This document shows, piece by piece, positions 1-8,083 of a DNA stretch of 64,000 bases. The DNA lies in the sequence record ON529852.1; one strand, 5' to 3'. A model generated the notes under the pieces. That model was not told the origin of the DNA, made no database searches, and saw only the letters and a program-made list of their open reading frames with translations. Within the stretch, counting starts at the first letter, position 1; the number at the start of each line of letters is the position of its first letter. Position numbers and translations under genes: made by a program.

Positions 1-154
1 GTTGTCGGCCATGTGCGGCGTAAATCCTGCGTATCGGGTAGATGCGAAAAAGGGCGCAGTCGAGCCGCGCGAGACTAGGCTTTCTGGCATGAATCCTGCT
101 CAAAGTCAAGATTTCCAGCACTGAGCGCCAGGAATCGCGGCAATCAGAGTCCCC

Positions 155-204
155 TTGACGAGCGATCTAATCTCGATCTAAATCCGATCGTCTTTAGATC
201 GAGA
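155..204 (+). promoter_or_regulatory. sigma70-type promoter with overlapping 12-bp inverted repeat
   Basis: TTGACG at 155-160, 17 nt, then CTAAAT. Perfect IR TCTCGATCTAAA (171-182) / TTTAGATCGAGA (193-204) covers the -10 and reaches the RBS. Confidence 0.6.
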
Positions 205-212
205 GGAAACCC

Positions 213-383
213 ATGGACAAACTGTATAGCTGGTCGAGCAAGCGCGCCGGCGGCCGCATCACCATCAAACATGCAACCGGAAAGATCGTGAACGTGGACG
301 TGATCGAACCCATCAACGGCAAGGTCGTCGCGATCGACAAGGACGGCCGCTCCTATGAACTGGTCGTCGCACCGCCCGTTTAA
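213..383 (+). CDS. hypothetical protein, 56 aa (MDKLYSWSSKRAGGRITIKHATGKIVNVDVIEPINGKVVAIDKDGRSYELVVAPPV)
   Basis: Below the ORF-track cutoff; GAGAGGA RBS before ATG, upstream promoter, GC3-biased codons. Confidence 0.8.
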   Translation: MDKLYSWSSKRAGGRITIKHATGKIVNVDVIEPINGKVVAIDKDGRSYELVVAPPV

Positions 384-419
384 TCCACATATCCACAACA
401 GCAGCGCTTCTGTGGATAA
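381..419. promoter_or_regulatory. three DnaA-box-like 9-mers
   Basis: TAATCCACA 381-389, ATATCCACA 389-397, and a perfect TTATCCACA on the minus strand at 411-419. Confidence 0.45.
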
Positions 420-433
420 GTCAGGATTCCTGA

Positions 434-462
434 TTGACGGTCCAGGGCAGCCCGGCTACATC
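434..462 (+). promoter_or_regulatory. Caulobacter-type sigma70 promoter for the ncRNA
   Basis: TTGACG (434-439) and GCTACATC (455-462) match the Caulobacter TTGACG...GCTANAWC consensus. Confidence 0.7.
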
Positions 463-468
463 CCTAAT

Positions 469-985
469 CGTCGCTTCGGAAACGGAGCGGCCGGCAACCG
501 GGCCTCGGCCCTACTAGCCGGGCTTCCAAGGGTATGCAGCCTACGGGCTGATCCCACGGGAGTTGAGACCGGACGCCGGGGTGACCCGGTCCATCCGCCG
601 AGACATGGTATCTCAAGGCTGCCGCAGCCCAAGAGACCACCCCTCGGACCGCCCGAGGCCGTAAGGCTGGAGGTCAGGAGTCTCAGGAGATCGGTCAGCA
701 ATGATCCGGTCGACCCTAAGGCGTCGCGGACTTCGCACCCTCGGGTGCGGGAGCCAAGATGTAGAGATGCGGGTCTAGGCGTCACAGCTTCGACCTTCAG
801 GTATGAGCCCCTCCACGGCGACGTGAAGGAAGCGTCAGCCTCACCTTCTTCGGGGAAACCTGATGCCCTGGTGAACTCTCCTGCCCAGACTGTAACGGTC
901 GAAAGCAGGCGCGAAGTCGGACCAGAACCAGATTGTCGGGAAGGCCCGCCTCGTATCTTCGGATGCAGGCGGGCCTTTTGCGTTT
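469..985 (+). ncRNA. candidate large structured non-coding RNA (~515 nt), family not recognised
   Basis: Own promoter and terminator. Stems closed by GAAA, UACG, GUGA, GUAA, GCAA, CUCG, GCGA and UUCG loops, all in + orientation. No credible CDS. Confidence 0.75.
941..985 (+). terminator. intrinsic terminator of the candidate ncRNA
   Basis: ~16-bp stem 941-977 with C(UUCG)G loop, followed by TTGCGTTT. Confidence 0.8.
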
Positions 986-991
986 CAGCCT

Positions 992-1021
992 AAAGAAAAG
1001 GGCCGCCCCGAGAGGCGGCCC
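992..1021 (-). terminator. intrinsic terminator
   Basis: GGGCCGCC/GGCGGCCC stem plus TTTTCTTT on the minus strand, just after the 1029 stop. Confidence 0.85.
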
Positions 1022-1028
1022 TTGTGGT

Positions 1029-1964
1029 TCAGGTCGACACCGTGAACGTCACCTCGACGGGCGGCGAGGTTCGCGTGATGGTGGTCGCGGTCAGGGTGAC
1101 CGTGAAGTCGCCGCCGACGTAGCCGTGGCGGTAGAACGACAGGCGCTGGATGTTCTGATAGACGAAGCCATCCGTCGTGCCGTCGACAATGTCGATGCCC
1201 TCGGCCGGATTCTCCAGGTGGACCTTACCGGCGGCGTCGGTGCGCAGCGTCAGCACCAGGTCGTTTTCCGGAGCCTTGGCGGTCACGGTCAGCGTGATCG
1301 CATAGAGTTCCGTCAACTTTTTGCCCGAGACCTTGTTGGTCAAGCCGAAGCTGAACGGGATGATCCAGTCGCGCCCGGCGGCGTTCGGCAGGGCGTATAC
1401 GCCCTCGACCGGCGTGACGACCGTCAGATCGTTCGGGTAGCGGGCGGCTCCGGCCAGTTCGATCTCGCCGTTCGAGGCGACCGTCATCCCGCCGATCGGA
1501 TTGCCGGAACCGTGGGTCAGGTAGCCTTCGGGCGACTGGAAGGCCGGCTCCGCGTCCGGCGTCACCTCAGGCTCGACAAGTTCAGCCGCCGCGACAACGG
1601 GGATCGCGTAGATTTCCGCGACCGTTTCCAAGCCGTTATGGGCGCGGACCGTGACGGACAGCGGGTCCAGGGCGGAGGTTTCGACCGCGCCCGCCACAAA
1701 GCGGGTCCCATCCAGGGCGATGCGCCCGCCGGCGTCGTCGATCAGGGTCAGGGTGGCTTCGGGGTCGGACAGGTAGACTTCGCCGACCGGCGCCCCCGCC
1801 TCGGATTCCGCCGCCAGCGTGCCGCCGCTGTAGAACAGGCGCAAGGGCAGCCGGCCCTGGCTTCCAGCGCCGCTCATGCGGCCCGAGATACGGCGCGGCG
1901 TGGGGTCGCCCGGAGAGGCTTTCGCCAGGGCCGAGAGATTGATACGGCGAGTACGCACAGCCAT
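1029..1964 (-). CDS. probable virion structural protein (beta-rich, N-terminal cadherin/Ig-like segment)
   Basis: 311 aa directly after the capsid genes; Thr/Val/Gly-rich beta-strand pattern. Function inferred from position. Confidence 0.55.
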   Translation of the reverse strand: MAVRTRRINLSALAKASPGDPTPRRISGRMSGAGSQGRLPLRLFYSGGTLAAESEAGAPVGEVYLSDPEATLTLIDDAGGRIALDGTRFVAGAVETSALDPLSVTVRAHNGLETVAEIYAIPVVAAAELVEPEVTPDAEPAFQSPEGYLTHGSGNPIGGMTVASNGEIELAGAARYPNDLTVVTPVEGVYALPNAAGRDWIIPFSFGLTNKVSGKKLTELYAITLTVTAKAPENDLVLTLRTDAAGKVHLENPAEGIDIVDGTTDGFVYQNIQRLSFYRHGYVGGDFTVTLTATTITRTSPPVEVTFTVST

Positions 1965-2120
1965 GATGAGTTTCCTTGTCGCGTTGAAAGTGGTGATCGG
2001 CCGATACCCGATCCGACGTCGTTCGACCTTATGTCCTGGCCGACGTCCGCGCTGCGCGGTCCCACAGACCTCGCGATCTGCTCCATATTTACCCAGCGCG
2101 GGGCGTAAGCGCGCTGCATG

Positions 2121-2148
2121 AAAAAGGCCGCCCCTTTCGAGGCGGCCT
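2121..2148 (-). terminator. intrinsic terminator of the capsid operon
   Basis: AGGCCGCC/GGCGGCCT stem plus T-run on the minus strand. Confidence 0.85.
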
Positions 2149-2177
2149 CAATCGTTACCCGAAGGTGAAGGCCTGGA

Positions 2178-2606
2178 TTAGGCCTTCGAGTTCGGGGCGG
2201 CGAACGCGTAGTACGACACCGTGCCCGTGGTCGGCTCGACGTCGGCGAAGACGCGGATGCCGGCGGCGTCGGCGTCAGCCGCAGCCAGGGTGGCGGGATC
2301 GAACTTCAGCACGAAGGTCTTGCCGGCGACGGCAGTGACCGTGCCACCGGGGGCGTCGACCGGGTTGGCGCCAGCGGCGTCAACGGTCTGGACCTTGAGG
2401 GTGGCGTCCGTGGCGGCGTCGACGACGATGACGACGTCGAACGGCGTTTGGCCGTACAGGTTCTTCAGGTCGCCGCGACCAGCGGTCAGGCGGTGAAGGT
2501 CGACGACCAGGCCGCCGGGGCCATCAGCCGTGACGGCGGTGGCGCGATCATCGATCGAACGGAGCGCCAGAAGGGCGTCATAACCGTGCTTGATCTTGGA
2601 GTTCAT
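2178..2606 (-). CDS. minor capsid protein (phiCbK gp69-like), 142 aa
   Basis: MNSKIKHGYDALLAL...YAFAAP resembles the phiCbK minor capsid protein; directly downstream of the MCP; start set at ATG 2606. Confidence 0.85.
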   Translation of the reverse strand: MNSKIKHGYDALLALRSIDDRATAVTADGPGGLVVDLHRLTAGRGDLKNLYGQTPFDVVIVVDAATDATLKVQTVDAAGANPVDAPGGTVTAVAGKTFVLKFDPATLAAADADAAGIRVFADVEPTTGTVSYYAFAAPNSKA

Positions 2607-2646
2607 CTTGAGATGTCCGTTTCGAAGGTTTTGTAGAGAGAAAGCC

Positions 2647-2666
2647 GGGGTGGCCGAAGCCACCCC
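2647..2666 (-). terminator. intergenic UUCG hairpin between MCP and minor capsid (partial terminator or processing site)
   Basis: GGGGTGGC-TTCG-GCCACCCC then GGCTTTCT on the minus strand. Confidence 0.55.
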
Positions 2667-2682
2667 TTAGCCATCATCGCCC

Positions 2683-3618
2683 TTAGGCGACGACGGCAGC
2701 CTTCTTGATGCCCCAGACGCGAGCGGCGGCGCGGCCCGACAGCACCGCGAGGCTGATCAGCCACTCGATGCGGGTACGGTAGACCGGCTTGTCGTTGACT
2801 TGGCCGAGGTCGTCGACTTCCATCACGCCGTTTTGCAGGCCCATGACGCCCGAGTCGCCGATGTTCACGACGTAGATCGAGGTGCCGACAGCGGCGCCGC
2901 CACCGGGGTTCGCTTCATTGAAGTCGATGACCTGGGTGTTGGTGTCGTCGTAGTCGGTGGTCAGGATGGGCAGGTCGTTGTAGAACGCGATGCGCTCGCC
3001 GAACTCGTTCTTGTCCCAGGTGATGAAGCCGGCAACCGACGTCTGGCGCGAAGCGGCCGACAGCAGGTTACGCATGCGCTTCGACATGATCAGGTGCGTG
3101 GCACCGTCAACGGCGTCGATGGCTTCGTCCAGGACTTGCAGCGACAGAGCGTCGCCGCCGGCCGAGGCGCCAGCCGGGATCAGTTGGTCGCCGACGATGC
3201 GCTTGCGCAGGCCGTCGAATTCACGCGGATCAGCTTCCGAGTCGCCGGTGATGATCTTGCCAGCCAGGAACAGCGAGAGGGCCTTGACCTTCATCTTTTC
3301 CTGCATGGTGCGGATGTTCGCGCCATGGGTCTTGATCAGCGCCTTGTCGACGTCCAGGTCGCCGCCGACGATCTTCAGAACTTCGACCTGCGAGTTGATG
3401 ACGCCGACGCCGTTGCCGTAAGCTTCGTTGAAGCCACGGAACGCAACGCCCGGCAGTTGGCCTTCCTGGGTGTAGGTGTACGAGCCACCCGGAACATCCA
3501 TGAACGGCAGGACCTTCAGGAGGTCCGGATAGGCGAAGAGTTCGATGATCGCCGAACGCTTGACCTCGTCGTTGCCCATCGCCAGATCGGCGGCTTCGAG
3601 CAGAGTGAGAGCAGCCAT
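2683..3618 (-). CDS. major capsid protein (phiCbK gp68-like)
   Basis: 311 aa; LTLLEAA...LPFMDV.G..Y...EGQLPGVAFRGFNE..GGDLDVD pattern typical of this capsid family. Confidence 0.93.
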   Translation of the reverse strand: MAALTLLEAADLAMGNDEVKRSAIIELFAYPDLLKVLPFMDVPGGSYTYTQEGQLPGVAFRGFNEAYGNGVGVINSQVEVLKIVGGDLDVDKALIKTHGANIRTMQEKMKVKALSLFLAGKIITGDSEADPREFDGLRKRIVGDQLIPAGASAGGDALSLQVLDEAIDAVDGATHLIMSKRMRNLLSAASRQTSVAGFITWDKNEFGERIAFYNDLPILTTDYDDTNTQVIDFNEANPGGGAAVGTSIYVVNIGDSGVMGLQNGVMEVDDLGQVNDKPVYRTRIEWLISLAVLSGRAAARVWGIKKAAVVA

Positions 3619-3936
3619 GCTACTGTATCCTCAGAGTTTTTAATGGTGGTCGCGATTGAGGAGGCGGCCCCCGCCTCGGGCTCCCCCTCGGACCGACCAC
3701 CGGCACCCGAGGGAATGAGTGAGGAGTCATGTTTCCCAAGGAAACGTGACTCCGTTCTTGTTTCGCGGATCGCCATGCGGGCGCTCGACGCGGAAAGTGG
3801 GTTGCCCATTCGGGCGAAATCTGTGCCGGCAGTTTACGAGGGCCGGCGGCTCGGCGGGCTGTTTAAGGAGAGCCCGCAGTCTCCGATCGACGGTGCCGCC
3901 GATCACCTCTTGGCGGAGAGGAACCCGTGGGCGGCC
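3619..3936 (-). promoter_or_regulatory. 318-nt multi-hairpin leader of the MCP gene
   Basis: Non-coding gap with at least five stems, including GGAGTCA-N17-TGACTCC at 3723-3753. Confidence 0.5.
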
Positions 3937-4731
3937 TTAGTTCAGGCGCGCACCCTTGTCGCCGTTCGCCAGGGCCAGCTTGTCGTTGGCCGACATGCCG
4001 CGCATCTCGGCGGTCGTCTTGCCGAGCGGGCCGCGCTGGTCGCTACCGCCACCACCGCCAGCGCCGCCGCCGTGCGTGCCCTTGAACATGTGCGGGGCTT
4101 CGTCCTTCAGCTTCATGATCCACTCCTTGGGCGTCAGCGGCGAGCCGCCGTCAGCACCGTACAGTTGCAGATCGCCTTGGAACGCCAGCACACGGCCGTC
4201 GTCTTGGGCGCGCCACACATCGGCTGCGCGGGACAGGATGTCGCGAACCGCCGAGGGCTGGACACCGAGTTCCGGGTCGATGATGGCGTCCTTGATCGCG
4301 GTCGACACCAGCGTGCGCTTGTGAACACCTTCGATCTCGCCGGCCTTGGTCTTCCAGAGCGCGCCTTCCTTCTGGGCGGCGCGAATCTGGTCCTCCAGGA
4401 CCTTCTTCATGTCTTCAGTACGACGGATGACTTCTTCTTCGATCCGGCGGCTGTCGGTCAGTTGACCGTCTTTGACGCGCTGCGAGGTGGCCCGCAGTTC
4501 AGTCAGTTCGTTGGTGAAAGCGGTGGGGTCGTCGCCGACGATCGGCGCCAGGACCTCAACGGCCTTCTTGAGTTCGTCGCGCTCTTTGACGAGCCCGATG
4601 TTGGTTTCGCGGAACTCGTCCATCTTGTCCTGGGGGACCAGATTGATTTGGACCTTATCGCCGTCGGCCTTGGCGTAGCTGCGCAGGGCGTCCGGGATAG
4701 CGTCGAGCGAGTCGAACGTGAAAATCGGCAT
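3937..4731 (-). CDS. probable capsid scaffold protein
   Basis: 264 aa, coiled-coil, Gly-rich linker and short C-terminal helix, immediately upstream of the MCP. Confidence 0.65.
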   Translation of the reverse strand: MPIFTFDSLDAIPDALRSYAKADGDKVQINLVPQDKMDEFRETNIGLVKERDELKKAVEVLAPIVGDDPTAFTNELTELRATSQRVKDGQLTDSRRIEEEVIRRTEDMKKVLEDQIRAAQKEGALWKTKAGEIEGVHKRTLVSTAIKDAIIDPELGVQPSAVRDILSRAADVWRAQDDGRVLAFQGDLQLYGADGGSPLTPKEWIMKLKDEAPHMFKGTHGGGAGGGGGSDQRGPLGKTTAEMRGMSANDKLALANGDKGARLN

Positions 4732-4845
4732 AAGTGGATGTGTCTCTTGGACCCTGGACCCCAGGGCATGGCGCTACGACCCGTGCGTCGCGAGATGATG
4801 TGTGCGGACGTCGCCTCGGGAGCGCAGTCCTATTCGGGATGAGCG

Positions 4846-4919
4846 GGACCCTAACAAAAAAGATCGCCATTGTCAAGATTCTCAGCAAATAACGCTTGCA
4901 ATCCTGACAATGGCGATCT
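4846..4919 (-). promoter_or_regulatory. 20-bp inverted repeat acting as terminator and containing the capsid-operon promoter
   Basis: IR 4861-4880 / 4900-4919 (1 mismatch) followed by a T-run on the minus strand; TTGACA-17-TAGGGT starts within the arm. Confidence 0.6.
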
Positions 4920-4950
4920 ACAGATGGGGGTTTGCCGGAAGTTCGGCGGA

Positions 4951-5520
4951 TTATTCGGCGAGACGCTGCTTCAGAGTCTTGACAGGTTTGCGGTTCTTCC
5001 GATCAATAACGAAGCCGTAGCGGGCCATGTCGTTTTTAGATTTCTCCTTGTGGCATGGGTCCTTACACAGTATCTGGACGTTCTCCGGCTCCCAGAACGA
5101 CCAATCCCCAAACGCCATGAAGAGGGGGATTACGTGATCAGCCTCCCATGCGTCGGACATATACTTCCAGACAGTACCGCACTCGGCGCATTCACCTTGG
5201 TCGCGGAAGAAGACATGCTGGCGCATGACCGCAGGATCAGATCGGAGCAAGTAGTTGCCGACGCAACGCTTCGAACACCACGACCGCCGCAGGTTGAGCG
5301 TGCCATCCTTCTTCAGAATCCGGACGCCGCACCAGCGGCAATGTCCGGGCGGCTGGCGGTTGATCTTGCTGGGGTGGGTGCGGTGGTTATAGGACACAGG
5401 CAGTTTCGAGCCGCGCGGCTTCTTGGCGCGGCGAGGCCGGCGCGAGGATGAGCGGCGGCGGCTAACAGTACGGGACGGCGTCTTCGGAGGAGAGGCGCGC
5501 CGCGCGGGGCGGCGGGCCAT
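4951..5520 (-). CDS. HNH endonuclease
   Basis: CRWCG and WCSKRC Zn motifs; ECAECG...EADHVIPL...N..ILCKDPCH HNH core; TGATG coupling to the upstream gene. Confidence 0.88.
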   Translation of the reverse strand: MARRPARRASPPKTPSRTVSRRRSSSRRPRRAKKPRGSKLPVSYNHRTHPSKINRQPPGHCRWCGVRILKKDGTLNLRRSWCSKRCVGNYLLRSDPAVMRQHVFFRDQGECAECGTVWKYMSDAWEADHVIPLFMAFGDWSFWEPENVQILCKDPCHKEKSKNDMARYGFVIDRKNRKPVKTLKQRLAE

Positions 5521-5651
5521 CAGACGGTCTTCGGCTTTCGCCGGCTCCAGAAGAGGGCCGCCGTCTCGCGATGCGGCGAGCGGTCAAGCACCTTCTGCAT
5601 CTCAGTCGCCAGGCGCGCGGCGCCCGGAAGGGTAGGGTCGTAGTCAGTCAT
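5520..5651 (-). CDS. hypothetical protein, 43 aa
   Basis: Fills the gap and overlaps both neighbours; not in the ORF track. Confidence 0.6.
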   Translation of the reverse strand: MTDYDPTLPGAARLATEMQKVLDRSPHRETAALFWSRRKPKTV

Positions 5652-6096
5652 CAGTGAAGAGGTGACGCAGCGCCATCGCGTCCCAGTAGGCGTTGTGCTG
5701 GACGGCGCCCTCCAACGTGGTCGGATAGGCCTGGGCGCGGATCATCTCGAAGGTGAGGTGGCGCTTGGAGATCATCTCGCCCGGACCGGTCATCAGGGCG
5801 CGGCAGAAGTAGGCGATGTCGTCGGGCCAGTCCGAGATGATGTGGGGGCGCTCATCGCCCAGCAGGAAGGCGGCGATGGTGCGGGCGGCGTTGGCCGGCG
5901 TCAGGTGATCCCAGATGGTCTGGGTCTCGGGGACGGCGCCCATCAGCGGCTTGACGTTCTCTTCCACCCAGGGCGTGCAGGGCTGATAGGCCCGCTCCAG
6001 GATGATGTAGAGGGCGCGGCCGTCCTGGCGCACCAGGGCCAGGCTCAAGAGGTCGCCGCCGAAGCCGTCGAACTCGCAGTCGAGGAAGTAGTTCAC
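5644..6096 (-). CDS. DEDD-family 3'-5' exoribonuclease (Rv2179c-like)
   Basis: YFLDCEFDG, DWPDDIAYF and HNAYWDA motifs. Confidence 0.85.
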   Translation of the reverse strand: MNYFLDCEFDGFGGDLLSLALVRQDGRALYIILERAYQPCTPWVEENVKPLMGAVPETQTIWDHLTPANAARTIAAFLLGDERPHIISDWPDDIAYFCRALMTGPGEMISKRHLTFEMIRAQAYPTTLEGAVQHNAYWDAMALRHLFTDD

Positions 6097-6341
6097 AGGA
6101 AGTAAATCCGTTGCTCTCGACCAGGAGAGAGCAGGGTGGGAAGCATCTCCACCAGCCAGCGCGAATAGCCGTCGCGGGCGTCCTGGGTTTTCAGGCGGTG
6201 CTCCGGCGGCGATACCACCAGGATGGTGTCAAACCGGGCAGCGGTGCAGGCCCCGACGACGAACACCTTGATGTCGTCGCCCAGGGCCGGCGCCAGCCGA
6301 TCAGCCAGTTTCGCGTCCCAGTGAAAAAGCGCGGTCTTCAC
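6093..6341 (-). CDS. hypothetical protein, 82 aa
   Basis: GTG start with GTGA overlap; similar to the C-terminus of 10882..11358. Confidence 0.7.
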   Translation of the reverse strand: MKTALFHWDAKLADRLAPALGDDIKVFVVGACTAARFDTILVVSPPEHRLKTQDARDGYSRWLVEMLPTLLSPGREQRIYFL

Positions 6342-6610
6342 GTCAGCTTCCCCTTCAGCGCCGCCAGGTGGGCCAGGTTGTCGTGGTGGATGCGCATCGC
6401 GTCGAGCAGCGCTTCGTAGGCCGTGACGGCATGCAGCCGGAGGTTCTCCAGGTCCGTGCCGCTGCGCCGGCCCTTGGCGGGCGCTTCGGTCATGGCGCTG
6501 TTGTAGGCGTTGTGGGCCAGGGCCTGTTCGCGGTGCACGATCGTGATCTGGGCCAGGGAGACCTTGGCCTGGTGGATCGCCTCGCGCAGCTTGTCCTTGC
6601 GGGTGCTCAC
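6338..6610 (-). CDS. hypothetical helical protein, 90 aa
   Basis: GTG start overlapping the upstream stop. Confidence 0.7.
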   Translation of the reverse strand: MSTRKDKLREAIHQAKVSLAQITIVHREQALAHNAYNSAMTEAPAKGRRSGTDLENLRLHAVTAYEALLDAMRIHHDNLAHLAALKGKLT

Positions 6611-7044
6611 AGGCGGGTGTCCTCGTCGCCGTCGTCGCCCGTATAGAGGGGAAAGCCGCGCCAATCCGCAGGCGGGGTCGGCAGGACCTCGATCTGGGCG
6701 CCCGGCGGACCGACCCACTCGGCGAACCGAACCTCATGCGGGAACCGGGCGCGGCAGTCGGCGGCGGTCTTGTCGTCGCCCTGCACGAACAGGGTCTTCA
6801 GGTCGTCCAGCGTCCACGGTCCCGTGGGGTTTTCCAGCAGGATGTCGGACATCTCAGGCGTCACTTCATAGCCCAGCCGTTCCAGCGTGGTGCGCAACGT
6901 GAGGGGCGACGCCATGTCTGCCGTCAGGTGAATTGTGCCTGGCTCGGTGCGCACCAGGGCGTCGTAGAGTTCCGGGTCCGACAGATAGAGGGCGCGTTCG
7001 TCCCGCTCGGCGGCGATCTCGCCCAGGGTCTTGTCAGCCGACAT
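6607..7044 (-). CDS. hypothetical protein, 145 aa
   Basis: ATG 7044 with RBS; coupled in the operon. Confidence 0.75.
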   Translation of the reverse strand: MSADKTLGEIAAERDERALYLSDPELYDALVRTEPGTIHLTADMASPLTLRTTLERLGYEVTPEMSDILLENPTGPWTLDDLKTLFVQGDDKTAADCRARFPHEVRFAEWVGPPGAQIEVLPTPPADWRGFPLYTGDDGDEDTRL

Positions 7045-7459
7045 GGCGGTGCTCTTCTTCAACTTCAGCTTCTTGCTCAGCCTTTGGGCCGAGGGTGGCG
7101 CGGACCTGTTCGATCCAGGCGCGGTTATCTTCCGCCGTCGCGGCGCGCGGCGGCAGGTGAGGACGAAAGCCGACGACTTCATGGGAGCCAGGGGCGTAGA
7201 CGATCTCGACCGCCTCCGCGTGAGCGATGTCGCTCTCCAGTTCCTCGGCCGGGCCGGCGATCTCAAGAATCGCCAGCGCCAGCCTGCGCGCCAGGCGACG
7301 GTCGAACAGCATCGTGTTCTGCCCGGTCACGATCTCCACACAGCGACCGTCGGGGTTGCCGATCGTGCGGAAGACGTAGTGGAACCGGGGGTCCATCGCT
7401 TCGGTGCAGCGCCAGACCATGAGACCGGCCTGGATGGTCACGCTGAAGTCGTCGACCAA
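7034..7459 (-). CDS. hypothetical protein
   Basis: 141-aa ORF with TTG start and typical codon bias. Confidence 0.65.
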   Translation of the reverse strand: MVDDFSVTIQAGLMVWRCTEAMDPRFHYVFRTIGNPDGRCVEIVTGQNTMLFDRRLARRLALAILEIAGPAEELESDIAHAEAVEIVYAPGSHEVVGFRPHLPPRAATAEDNRAWIEQVRATLGPKAEQEAEVEEEHRHVG

Positions 7460-7464
7460 CGTCG

Positions 7465-7605
7465 TCAGCGCCGCGAGATCGGCTGCAAGGCGGTGGTGTT
7501 CATCAAGGCGCTGCGCAGCGTCTTGTAGACCGGGACTTCGTAGACCTTCGGCGGAGCGCCGGTGCTGAAGTCATCGACGTAGGTGTATTGGATGGGGTCG
7601 GTCAT
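7465..7605 (-). CDS. hypothetical protein, 46 aa
   Basis: GAGA RBS plus ATG; fills the gap. Confidence 0.55.
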   Translation of the reverse strand: MTDPIQYTYVDDFSTGAPPKVYEVPVYKTLRSALMNTTALQPISRR

Positions 7606-7615
7606 GGGGGTCTCG

Positions 7616-7837
7616 TTAACGGGGTTGGATGTTGTGGCGGCGTTGGGCGCGCCGGCGACTTTCCTGGTCGCCCAGGTCGAGCCAGCGCAGGAAGGCGAGC
7701 AGGGAAAGGCACAGGCTGAGCGCCGCGCCCAGTTCGACGCCCATCGACGAAGGCGGGGTCATGGACCCGAAGATCACGAACAGGCTGGACGCCAGCGCGA
7801 TCAACGAGGTCACCAGCCACAGGGCACGATTGCTCAT
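7616..7837 (-). CDS. small membrane protein
   Basis: Two hydrophobic segments; ATGA coupling. Confidence 0.7.
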   Translation of the reverse strand: MSNRALWLVTSLIALASSLFVIFGSMTPPSSMGVELGAALSLCLSLLAFLRWLDLGDQESRRRAQRRHNIQPR

Positions 7838-8082
7838 CGGAACCACCGGCCGAACACGAACTCAGCCAGCAGATAGAGCCCGGCCGCGACAGGCGGGATC
7901 GCCGCGAAGATCGAGACGGGCAGGATCATCACGGCGAAGTCGTGCTTCCACAGGGCGAACGGCAGCGAGAAGATCGCGCCGACCAAGGCGCCCAAGAAGG
8001 CCAGGGCCACAGCGGCGCCGAGGAAGGCCAGGCCGACGAGGAAGGTGAGCGCGCCTTTATCGATGACGGGGGCAGCGGCCAT
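7834..8082 (-). CDS. small membrane protein, 82 aa
   Basis: Strongly hydrophobic ORF with RBS. Confidence 0.75.
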   Translation of the reverse strand: MAAAPVIDKGALTFLVGLAFLGAAVALAFLGALVGAIFSLPFALWKHDFAVMILPVSIFAAIPPVAAGLYLLAEFVFGRWFR

Positions 8083-8083
8083 G

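Noticed and set aside
144-398. 84-aa minus-strand ORF
   Set aside because: Antisense shadow of the + strand gene 213..383, which has the RBS and promoter.
469-985. Group I/II intron, tmRNA or RNase P identity for the structured RNA
   Set aside because: No interrupted gene; no GUGYG or domain V, tRNA-like ends or RNase P P4 motif recognised by eye. An Infernal search is needed to exclude these formally.
355-993. 212-aa (+) and 109-aa (-, 456..785) ORFs over the ncRNA
   Set aside because: No RBS, Pro/Arg/Ser-rich junk composition and no codon bias; the + ORF starts upstream of the promoter.
2800-4842. Long + strand ORFs (also 933..2108 and 22672..24621)
   Set aside because: Antisense shadows of capsid and portal genes, expected with high GC3 coding.
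7034-7605. Programmed frameshift joining 7465..7605 and 7034..7459 (both contain VDDFS)
   Set aside because: No slippery heptamer or stimulatory structure seen; the short match may be chance.
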